From positions 7,435 to 71,434 of the forward strand of contig CAWICP010000003.1 in the NCBI GenBank assembly GCA_963834645.1: DNA of 64,000 nt, read 5' to 3'. Below, in pieces: positions 26,850-34,972 of this stretch (positions are counted from its first letter, which is position 1; each line of letters opens with the position of its first letter). The stretch comes from an uncultured Acidobacteriota bacterium (lineage in GTDB: Bacteria > Acidobacteriota > Vicinamibacteria > Vicinamibacterales > JAKQTR01). The position numbers and the translations under genes were made by a program. The notes beneath the pieces were generated by a model. That model worked only from the letters and a program-made list of their open reading frames with translations. It did not search any database and was not told the DNA's origin.

Positions 26850-27932
26850 ATGGCACACGACTTGACGATTCGCGAGGACGGCGCACTCGATTTCCTGTCG
26901 CTCGGGGCGCTGGTGCACCGGCTCGACCCCGGCGCGGTGCCCTTCCGGAAGGCGTCTTCCTGCGCGATTCACGTGAGCGGCGGCGAGTTCAACGTCGCGG
27001 CGAACCTCGCGGACTGCTTCCGCCTCAGGGCCGCCGTGGCGACGGCGATGGTCGACTATCCCATCGGCGATCTGATCGCCGAACGCGTCCGCGCGATGGG
27101 CGTCATCCCCCACTACAAACGGTTCGCGCACAACGGGGTCAACGGGCCCAACATGGCCACCGTGTACAGCGACCGCGGATTCGGCGCCCGGCCGCCGGTG
27201 GTCTTCTACAACCGCGCGCACGAGGCCGCCGCGCTGCTCAAGCCGGGCGACTTCGACTGGCCGGCCATCTTCGCGGGCGGCGTGCGATGGTTCCACAGCG
27301 GCGGGATCTTCGCGTCGCTCTCGGAGACGACCGGCGAGCTGATCATCGAGGCGATGAAGGCCGCGAAAGCCGCCGGCGCCGTCACGTCGTTCGACCTCAA
27401 TTTCCGCGAGAAGCTCTGGAGCATCTGGGGCGGCGCCTCCCGCGCGGCCGGCGTCATCGGGCGCATCGTCGAGCACGTGGACGTGCTCGTCGGCAACGAA
27501 GAGGACCTCCAGAAGGGCCTCGGCATCCCCGGTCCGGACGTGCACGCCGCCTCGAAGCTCGACCCGGCCGTGTTCCTCGCGATGATCGACGGCGTCGTCG
27601 CGAAGCATCCGAACGTGAAGGCGGTCGCGACGACGCTGCGGGAGGTGCACTCGACCAGCCGGCACAGCTGGAGCGCCGTGGCCTGGATGAAGGGCGAGAC
27701 ATTCGCCGCGCCGGCGTGCGATCTCGACGTGTACGACCGGGTCGGCGGCGGCGACGGGTTCGCGGCTGGATTCATCTACGGGCTGCTGGCCGGCGAGCCG
27801 CCGGCCGAAGCCGTCAAGCTCGGCTGGGCGCACGGCGCGCTGCTGACCACGTTCCCGGGCGATACGACGATGGCGACGGTGGAGCAGGTGCGCGCGTTCG
27901 CGAAGGGCGGCTCGGCGCGAATCCAGCGCTGA
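26850..27932 (+). CDS. PfkB-family sugar-acid kinase (2-dehydro-3-deoxygluconokinase-like; substrate not resolved)
   Basis: Intact 360-aa ORF preceded by a GGGGAG ribosome-binding site. It has FLSLGALVHRLDP at the N-terminus and the PfkB C-terminal motif DRVGGGDGFAAGFIYGLL. Confidence 0.7.
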   Translation: MAHDLTIREDGALDFLSLGALVHRLDPGAVPFRKASSCAIHVSGGEFNVAANLADCFRLRAAVATAMVDYPIGDLIAERVRAMGVIPHYKRFAHNGVNGPNMATVYSDRGFGARPPVVFYNRAHEAAALLKPGDFDWPAIFAGGVRWFHSGGIFASLSETTGELIIEAMKAAKAAGAVTSFDLNFREKLWSIWGGASRAAGVIGRIVEHVDVLVGNEEDLQKGLGIPGPDVHAASKLDPAVFLAMIDGVVAKHPNVKAVATTLREVHSTSRHSWSAVAWMKGETFAAPACDLDVYDRVGGGDGFAAGFIYGLLAGEPPAEAVKLGWAHGALLTTFPGDTTMATVEQVRAFAKGGSARIQR

Positions 27933-27976
27933 GGCCGGGGCTCAGCGGACATTCAGGTCGGGAGTCCCCGGCGTCT

Positions 27977-29919
27977 TCACGCCCGCGCGCGAGCCCCCGT
28001 CGCCTCGAGCCTCCGGTCGCGATACTCGTTTCGCGCGCTCGGCGCACGCTGTGCGACCGGCAGCGCGTCCATCAGGCCGTTGCGGCAGGGCTCAGAGACG
28101 CCAAGTCTCGACACGACGGCGCCGTCGGTCAGCGCGGCAAAGCTGAACGTCCCGCCGCCGCGCTCAACCGTGGCTGTCTTGTCCGGTCACGCTGATGTTC
28201 GAGGGCTGTCGCACCGTCGGTGGCGAGCATGGGCCAGCACTGACGGACGGCATCCACATCCCCTTCCACGCGGTGCTCGATCTCGGCACGGCCGTCCTTG
28301 AACAGGAGTTGCTCGACCACGGCGCTGGCGCCGCCGCGCAGGCGCCCTCGATAAGTCAGTCGCAGCTCGAGCTGCGTCGGCGTCGCTCGGGAGGAGCACG
28401 AACTCGGTTGGCTCGAGGTCGTCCCGGCCGTGGTCGGCGAGGGCATGCCAGGCGCCCGAACGGTCGCGCCACTCGGGCCCGAGCGCCAGCGAATCGCGTC
28501 GGCTTGGACGGCAGGCGATACGCCGCCGCCGAACTGACTCCGTCCGACAGCGTCTCGGGCGGAACGCCGAGCCGGTGCACACGGAGGAGCCCCGTCGGGT
28601 TGTAGTGCAGGTCGGCGCCGGTGTCGAACTCGAGGTAGAGGCCGCCCGGCAGGACGAACACCTTGTGGAATGCCGGCTGGAGCGAGAAGGCGTAGCGCCC
28701 CACATCTGCCGGGCACGGAACCAGGGCGATCCGGTCGTCCGCCCGGTCCAGGCGATGGCCAGCATTGCCGCGGCCAGCAGGTTGTACTGCGAGTGGAACG
28801 AGTACGACTCGTAGCCGTGGCGCGCCGACGGGTCCATGCGGTTCTTGACGATCCACAGTTCGCCGGACGGCCGGCGCCACCTGCCCGAGCGAGATTGCGC
28901 GAGCGGATGGCGCCGTGCTTGCACGCTCGGGCCGCGACCTCGTCGCCGCGCCTCGCGAACCGCGAGGCCCACGATTCGAACGTCACCGCCTGCTGCGCCT
29001 CGTTCCACTGGTGGTGGGCGCTGCGGCCGCCGCATGGCGCGTCGCCGTTCGGCGATTGCATGAACAGCGACATCCAGCAGCCGCGTTCGAGCAGTTCCTC
29101 CAATGCGCCTGCGTGGCGGCCACGGTACCCCTCATCCAGCAGGTCGAGCGCCCACAGCCGCGCGAAGTGGTCGTAGGCCATCGGGTCGTTCGGGTCCCGG
29201 TACATGCCCCACGGTGTGAACAACTGCAATTGGCGCTCGAGTGACGCTTCGACCCACGCCAGCGAGTTCCCGAGGCCGGCCTTCGTGCGCATCCACTCGC
29301 CCGCGGCCGCCACCAGATTCCAGTTGTTGGTCGTCGCATCGGTCGGCTGCCGGCGGTAGATCTTCTCCGGGACGATGCGAGCCAGGTCGCGCCGCCAGGC
29401 CGTCGAGGTCGACTCCGGCACGAGCGGCGCGAGCAGCCGGTCGGCGTGCATCAGCAACACCGTGTAGAAGTCGGCGTGGCCGTCGGCCGCTTTCCCGTCC
29501 GCGAGTGACGCGCACGCGAACGCCATCGCGCGCGACGACGGCCGTGCAGCGGCGCATCGTCACGCTTCGCCGCGCAGAGCGCGGCGCCGGCCAGCGCGAA
29601 CGCCGGCGTCGAGTACTGTTTCTCCGCGTGCTCGTAGGGATCGATGATGGCGCCGCGCCCGTCCTGGTGGGCCGCGAAGAAGCGGACGACTCCGGCGACG
29701 ATCGTCAGGTAGCCAGTCGCGCACGCCCTCATCGCGCGAAGTCGCCGACCGCCTCCGGCCACGCCCAGTCGCGCCGCGAAACTGCTTCACGGCTCCGGCG
29801 AGCGGGAACTCGCCGAACCGCTCCTGCACGGCGTCGGCCGCCCGCAGGCGAGCGCCCACGCTCATGCCGGCCGCGCCGGCGGCCACGCTCGCCACGAACC
29901 GCCGACGGGTCCAGTCCAT
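27977..29919 (-). pseudogene. Tat-signal secreted protein of unknown function, possibly a polysaccharide-acting enzyme; at least 7 frameshifts as assembled
   Basis: GGAGG precedes the start, and the N-terminus is MDWTRRRFVASVAAGAAGMSVGARL. Coding-like segments are spread over three frames: YLTIVAGVVRFFAAHQDGRGAIIDPYEHAEKQY, FYTVLLMHADRLL..NNWNLVAAAGEWMR..WGMYRDPNDPMAYDHFARLWALDLL..HHQWNEAQQ, WIVKNRMDPSARHGYESYSFHSQYNLLAAAMLAIAW, YLEFDTGADLHYNPTGLLRVHRLG, and DKTATVERGGGTFSFAALTDG. The last frame stops at 27977-27979. Confidence 0.5.
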
Positions 29920-30019
29920 CCGGCATGCCTCCGCGCGGCCCATTATGGCCGATTCCCGCGGGCTTGATAGAATGCTCGGCGCGCCGCGTCCGGCGCCACG
30001 CCCCTGAGTTGGCAGGCCC

Positions 30020-30910
30020 ATGGAGATTGAAATCGCCGTCGTCCCCGTCGCCGGTCTCGGCACCCGCCTGTTGCCCGCGACCAAGTCCCAGCCGAAGGAG
30101 ATGCTGCCGGTCGGCCGCAAGCCGGTCGTGCAGTACGTCGTGGAGGAACTGACCCGCGTCGGCACCAGGCAGGTGCTCTTTGTCACAGGCCCCGGCAAGG
30201 CCTCGATCGAGAACCACTTCGATCTGAACGCCGACCTCATCCAGACGCTCCGCGAAGACGGCAAAGAAGATCTCCTGGCGGAGCTGGCCTTCGAGCGGTC
30301 GGCGGTCCAGTACTTCTACACGCGGCAGCGGCAGCTGCTCGGCCTCGGGCACGCCGTGCTGTGCGCGAAGTCGTTCGTCGGCCGGCGCCCGTTCATCGTC
30401 GCGCTCGGCGACTCGATCATCGGCATGCACGCCGAGAGCGACGTCGTGCGGCGGATGGTGCGCTGCTTCCTCGAGCGGGACGCGGTGGCCGTCATCGCGT
30501 TCGAAGAGGTGCCGCGCGAGGAGGTCTCGCACTACGGCATCGCGTCGCCGGTCTCGTCGGGCGACATCTTCGAGCTGGCCGACGTCGTCGAGAAGCCGTC
30601 GCCGGACGAAGCGCCGAGCACGCTGGCCATCGCGGCCAGGTACGTGCTGTCGCCGGCGGTGTTCGACGCGCTCGAGACGACAGCCCCGGGCAAGGGCGGG
30701 GAAATCCAGCTGACCGACGCGCTGCGCGCGCTCATCCGGCAGGGCGGCAAGGCGTACGGCGTCCGCCTGACGGGCGGGGAGCGGCGTTACGACATCGGCA
30801 ACTTCGACGCGTACTTCCAGGCGTTTGTCGAGTTCGCCCTGTCCGATCCGCGGCACGGCGAGGCCCTGCGGCGCCACCTGGAGGAGCTGCTCCATGTTCC
30901 TCACGCGTAA
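30020..30910 (+). CDS. galU: UTP--glucose-1-phosphate uridylyltransferase-type nucleotidyltransferase
   Basis: Intact 296-aa ORF with VPVAGLGTRLLPATKSQPKEMLPV, LGLGHAVLCA, and VEKP. It overlaps the next gene by 17 nt. Confidence 0.85.
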   Translation: MEIEIAVVPVAGLGTRLLPATKSQPKEMLPVGRKPVVQYVVEELTRVGTRQVLFVTGPGKASIENHFDLNADLIQTLREDGKEDLLAELAFERSAVQYFYTRQRQLLGLGHAVLCAKSFVGRRPFIVALGDSIIGMHAESDVVRRMVRCFLERDAVAVIAFEEVPREEVSHYGIASPVSSGDIFELADVVEKPSPDEAPSTLAIAARYVLSPAVFDALETTAPGKGGEIQLTDALRALIRQGGKAYGVRLTGGERRYDIGNFDAYFQAFVEFALSDPRHGEALRRHLEELLHVPHA

Positions 30911-31901
30911 GCGCGCCTACGCGCGGGCCGGCCTGCTCGGCAACCCCTCGGACGGGTACCACGGGAAGACCATTTCGTTCAGCGTGCGCGACTTCTTCGC
31001 CGAGGTCGTGCTCTACGAGTGGGACTCGGTGGAGATCGTGCTGGCGGAGGGCGACCGCGCGCGCTTCAAGTCCGTGCAGGACCTCGCGCGCGACGTGCGG
31101 CTCCACGGGTACTATGGCGGCATCCGCCTGATCAAGGCCACCATCAAGCGGTTCGCCGAGTTCTGCGACGCGCAGGGCATCGCGCTGCACGATCGGAACT
31201 TCTCGGTCCGCTACCAGACGACCATTCCCCGGCAGGTGGGGCTTGCCGGGTCGAGCGCCCTGATTGTCGCCACGCTCCGCTGCCTGATGGAGTTCTACCA
31301 GATCGAGATCCCGATCGAGGCGCAGCCGACCTTCGTGCTGAACGTGGAGCAGGAAGAACTGGGGATCACGGCGGGGCTGCAGGACCGCGTGATCCAGGTC
31401 TACGAAGTCCTCGTCTACATGGACTTCGACCGGTCCCGTGAGCGCGTCGTGGCGGGGCTGCCCTGCTACCACTACGAGCGCCTCGACCCGGCGCTCCTGC
31501 CGCCTGTCTACGTCGCGTATCACATCAGCATGGGCGAGCCCACCGAGATCTTCCACAACGCCATCCGCGATCGCTACAACCGCGGCGAGGCGCTCGTCGT
31601 GGACGCCATGTCGCACTTCGCGTCGCTGGCGGCGGACGGGCGCGAGGCCATCCTGGCCGGCGATCACGAGAGGCTCTCGGCGCTTGTCGACGAGAACTTC
31701 GACACGCGGCGCCGCATCTACAACCTGGCGCCATGGCAGATCGCCCAGGTCGAGACGGCCCGCCGGTGCGGCGCGAGCGCGCAATTCGCGGGATCCGGCG
31801 GCGCGATTGTCGGCACCTATCGGGATGCGGCCATGCTCGAAGACCTCAAGCGGGAACTGGCCGCCATCGGTTCGCGGACCTTCGTGCCGGAGATCGCCTG
31901 A
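30894..31901 (+). CDS. GHMP-family kinase, glucuronokinase-like
   Basis: GGAGGAG precedes ATG 30894. The product has AYARAGLLGNPSDGYHGKTISFSV at the N-terminus and the GHMP motif IPRQVGLAGSSALIVA. It resembles plant-type glucuronokinases as I recall them. The frame is intact. Confidence 0.65.
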   Translation: MFLTRKRAYARAGLLGNPSDGYHGKTISFSVRDFFAEVVLYEWDSVEIVLAEGDRARFKSVQDLARDVRLHGYYGGIRLIKATIKRFAEFCDAQGIALHDRNFSVRYQTTIPRQVGLAGSSALIVATLRCLMEFYQIEIPIEAQPTFVLNVEQEELGITAGLQDRVIQVYEVLVYMDFDRSRERVVAGLPCYHYERLDPALLPPVYVAYHISMGEPTEIFHNAIRDRYNRGEALVVDAMSHFASLAADGREAILAGDHERLSALVDENFDTRRRIYNLAPWQIAQVETARRCGASAQFAGSGGAIVGTYRDAAMLEDLKRELAAIGSRTFVPEIA

Positions 31902-33412
31902 CGCTGCGCCAGCGTCGAGGGCTCCAGCAATGCCGGCTTCGCCTCCGTGCGATGGAGCCCGGGGGCTGCAGCCCCCGGGTTCACGCCCTCCGCCGCCTTC
32001 CCGAGCGGGAACCCGAAATAGTCGCGCGCGTTGAAGAAGCAGACGTTGGAGACCAGACGGCCGAGGAGTTCGCGGTCGTCGGGCAGGCGTCCGCGCCGGA
32101 CGTCCTCGCCGACGAGATTGCACAGGAGCCGGCGGAAGTACTCGTGGCGCGAGTAGGACAGGAAGCTGCGCGAGTCGGTGACCATGCCGACAAAGCGCGA
32201 CAGGAGGCCCATGTTCGACAGCGCGGCCATCTGGTCCGTCATCCCGTCGAGCTGGTCGAGGAACCACCAGGCTGAGCCGTACTGCATCTTCCCCGGCACC
32301 GACCCGTCCTGGAAGTTGCCGATCATGGTCGCCAGCAGCGCGTTGTCGCGGGGGTTCAGGTTGTAGAGGATCGTCTTCGCGAGCTGGTTCGTGTCGTCGA
32401 GGCGGTCGAGGAAGCGCGCGAGCGGGCGGGCGATCTCGACATCGCCTATCGAGTCGAAGCCCGTGTCGGGCCCCAGCGTGCGTCGCATCCGCGTGTTGGT
32501 GTTCCGCAGCGCCCCCAGGTGGAACTGCTGGGCCCAGCCGCGAGCGTGATCGAGGAGGGCGAGCTCGTAGAGCAGGGCGGACTTCAGCTTGAGGGCGTCG
32601 GCGGCGCCTGGCGCCCGCCCCGCACGGAGCGCGTCGAAGGCCGCGTCGAGTTCGGCGGCGGTCGCCGGCTCGACAGACAGCGTTTCCAGCCCGTGATCGG
32701 AGGCGCGGCAGCCCATCGCGTGGAACGCGTCGTGGCGCGCTGCGAGCGCCTCGACGAGCGAAGAGAAGCGCCCGCCGACCGCCTTGCCCGACGCCTGCTC
32801 GAGACGGGTCAGGTAGGCGCCAAACGCCGCCGGGTCTTCGACCGCGAAGACGCTGTCGGGCCGCCACGTGGGGTAGACGCGCGTATCGGGGTCCGGCCGC
32901 TCCGCCAGGCGCCGGTGGTGCCGCAGGTCGTCGGTCGGATCGTCGGTCGTGCACACGACCGCCACGCGGAAGCCGCGCAGCAACCCGAGGCTGGTGAATC
33001 CGTCCTCCTGGAGCCGCTGGTTGCAGCGGTCGAAGATGCCCCGCGCGGTGGAGGGCGACAGGCGTTCGTCGACGCCGAAGGGCCTCCGCAACTCCATGTG
33101 GGTCCAGTGATAGAGCGGATTGCGGAGCGTGTCGGGCACGGTCCGGGCCCACGCCTCGAACTTCTCCCACGCTGTCGCGCTCCCGGTGCAGTAGCGCTCG
33201 TCAACCCCGTTGGCCCGCATCGCCCGCCACTTGTAGTGGTCGCCGTCGAGCCAGATCTCCGTGATGGATCCGAACCGGTGGTCGTCCGCCATCTGCTCCG
33301 GCGACAGGTGGCAGTGGTAGTCGACGATGGGCAGGTCCGCCGCGTACCGGTGGTAGAGGTCCACCGCGACCGGGCTCTCGAGCAGGAAGTCGTCCGACAG
33401 GAACCTGATCAC
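31817..33412 (-). CDS. uxaC: glucuronate isomerase; the conserved core ends near 32009 and the last approximately 63 codons are doubtful
   Basis: The product starts (GTG)IRFLSDDFLLESPVAVDLYHRYAADLPIVDYHCHL and contains GDHYKWRAMRANGV and WWFLDQ. The family-typical C-terminus is NARDYFGF. The GTGA overlap with the GntR stop suggests an operon. Confidence 0.88.
   Translation of the reverse strand: MIRFLSDDFLLESPVAVDLYHRYAADLPIVDYHCHLSPEQMADDHRFGSITEIWLDGDHYKWRAMRANGVDERYCTGSATAWEKFEAWARTVPDTLRNPLYHWTHMELRRPFGVDERLSPSTARGIFDRCNQRLQEDGFTSLGLLRGFRVAVVCTTDDPTDDLRHHRRLAERPDPDTRVYPTWRPDSVFAVEDPAAFGAYLTRLEQASGKAVGGRFSSLVEALAARHDAFHAMGCRASDHGLETLSVEPATAAELDAAFDALRAGRAPGAADALKLKSALLYELALLDHARGWAQQFHLGALRNTNTRMRRTLGPDTGFDSIGDVEIARPLARFLDRLDDTNQLAKTILYNLNPRDNALLATMIGNFQDGSVPGKMQYGSAWWFLDQLDGMTDQMAALSNMGLLSRFVGMVTDSRSFLSYSRHEYFRRLLCNLVGEDVRRGRLPDDRELLGRLVSNVCFFNARDYFGFPLGKAAEGVNPGAAAPGLHRTEAKPALLEPSTLAQRQAISGTKVREPMAASSRLRSSSMAASR
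31955..31982. terminator. stem-loop between the convergent GHMP kinase and uxaC genes
   Basis: GAGCCCGGGGGC-tgca-GCCCCCGGGTTC forms a stem of approximately 12 bp. It lies inside the unusual C-terminal extension of the uxaC ORF. Confidence 0.6.
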
Positions 33413-34107
33413 GATGCTGCTCCCTCTTCTTCGGCCTGCGTCCGGTACGCGCGTTCGAGGTGATCGCGCATGGCGCGGCTCGCGCGCTCGGGGTCGCGTG
33501 CGCGCAGCGCCACGTAGATGGCGCGGTGCTCGTCGGCGGCCTGCTTCAGGTCGTGCGCGCGGTTGATGCTCTCCTGCCGCTGCTCGCGGAACTGCTCGGC
33601 CACCATGTTGACCAGCGCCGAGAGCACCGGGTTGCCGCTGGCCGCCGCGACGGCCCGGTGGAACGCGATGTCGTGCCCCAGGAAGGCCTGCGGATCGTCG
33701 AGGGACGCGAACATGCCGGTGGCTTCCTCGCTGACGGCAATCGTGTCCTCCGGCACCGCGTGCCGCGCCGCCAGCCCGGCGACGGCCACCTCGAGGACGA
33801 GACGGGCCTGGAACATCTGGTCGCGCGTGAACCCGTGGAGCGCCGCCTGGAAGCGCAGCGCGTTGGTCCCGAACGCGGGCGGCCCCCCCGCGATGAACGA
33901 TCCGGCGCCGGGCCGGATGACGACCACGCCCATCTCCGCCAGCGATCGCAGGCCGGCCCGCAGGCTCGGCCGGCTCACGCCAAGCTCCCGCGCCAGTTCG
34001 CGCTCGGCGGGCAGGCGCTCGCCGCCTTTGAACTGGCCGCGGTCAAGCAAACCGCGCACGTGCGCCACCACCAGCGCACTGGCTTCGGATCCCCGGTGTC
34101 CTCGCAT
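33409..34107 (-). CDS. GntR/FadR-family transcriptional regulator
   Basis: The winged-HTH reads GERLPAERELARELGVSRPSLRAGLRSLAEMGVV. An all-helical FCD-type C-terminal domain follows (FHRAVAAASGNPVL, EHRAIYVALRARD). Confidence 0.85.
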   Translation of the reverse strand: MRGHRGSEASALVVAHVRGLLDRGQFKGGERLPAERELARELGVSRPSLRAGLRSLAEMGVVVIRPGAGSFIAGGPPAFGTNALRFQAALHGFTRDQMFQARLVLEVAVAGLAARHAVPEDTIAVSEEATGMFASLDDPQAFLGHDIAFHRAVAAASGNPVLSALVNMVAEQFREQRQESINRAHDLKQAADEHRAIYVALRARDPERASRAMRDHLERAYRTQAEEEGAAS

Positions 34108-34123
34108 GACGCGAGTTCCTTTC

Positions 34124-34134
34124 AGGTCAGACCA
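34124..34134. promoter_or_regulatory. second copy of the GGTCAGACCA operator candidate, 17 nt upstream of the GntR start
   Basis: aGGTCAGACCAc at 34124-34134 contains the same 10-mer as 23214-23223. Confidence 0.4.
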
Positions 34135-34305
34135 CAACGGTCCTGATGCGCGCCAAGAGTTACACTCGTGCCAGAAACTGTCAAGGCTGAGCGCGAGTGG
34201 TCTTACCGTGGCCGCGCGCCCGTGAACCGCCCGGCGTGGCTTCGCCGATGGACGTTCACCCGGCCCGCGGCGGTCGGATACAATCACGGGGCCCTCGGAG
34301 CCCCT

Positions 34306-34956
34306 ATGCAGCTCATCGACGAACTCCGCGCCGAACACGACGTGATCGAGCAGGTGGCCGGCGCGTTCCTGACCTACGCCGCCTTGCCCGCCAGCGAGCG
34401 ATCCGCCGACGACGGCGCGGCGTTCCTGCGCTTCTTCAGGCTCTACGCCAATCACTTCCACCACGCGCGCGAGGAAGACACGTTGTTTGTCGCGTTGCGG
34501 GATCGCGCGGGGCTGCCGGCGGACCGCGGTCCCGTGGCGACGATGATCGCCGATCACGAACGGATGGCGGGCCTGCTCGACACCGTCGGGGCCGACCTCG
34601 AGGCCGGCCCCGACGCGGACCCTCGCCTCGAAGCGTCGGCGACCGCCTACGTGCACGCGCTGTGGCACCACATCGACGCCGAGAACTCCGTGCTCTTTCC
34701 GGAGTGCGCTCCGAGGCTCCGACGCAACGGCGTGACCGAACTCCCGTCGCGCGCGATGACCCCGGAAGAGCATGCGGCGATGACCGGGGGCCAGGTTCTG
34801 CTCGCCCGCTATCCGCCTGCCGCTCAGCCAGACGTCATGCGTGGCGACGGGTGCATCATGTGCCCGGCGTTTGGAGTCACGTGCCGGGGTCTCGAGCTCG
34901 AGTGGTGGAACGAGTGGGAGTGGGACGAGTTCGAGGATCGGATGAGCGGGGGCTGA
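34306..34956 (+). CDS. hemerythrin (HHE cation-binding) domain protein with a Cys/Trp/acid-rich tail
   Basis: It has LRAEHDVIE, ANHFHHAREED, and ALWHHIDAEN (His/Glu ligand spacing). The C-terminal tail is GDGCIMCPAFGVTCRGLELEWWNEWEWDEFED. Confidence 0.7.
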   Translation: MQLIDELRAEHDVIEQVAGAFLTYAALPASERSADDGAAFLRFFRLYANHFHHAREEDTLFVALRDRAGLPADRGPVATMIADHERMAGLLDTVGADLEAGPDADPRLEASATAYVHALWHHIDAENSVLFPECAPRLRRNGVTELPSRAMTPEEHAAMTGGQVLLARYPPAAQPDVMRGDGCIMCPAFGVTCRGLELEWWNEWEWDEFEDRMSGG

Positions 34957-34972
34957 CCGCTCGCCCGTCCGG

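Noticed and set aside
30732-33170. 812-aa minus-strand ORF
   Set aside because: It runs antisense through galU and the GHMP kinase and out of frame through uxaC. The composition is Arg/Pro/Ala noise, typical of wrong-frame high-GC sequence.
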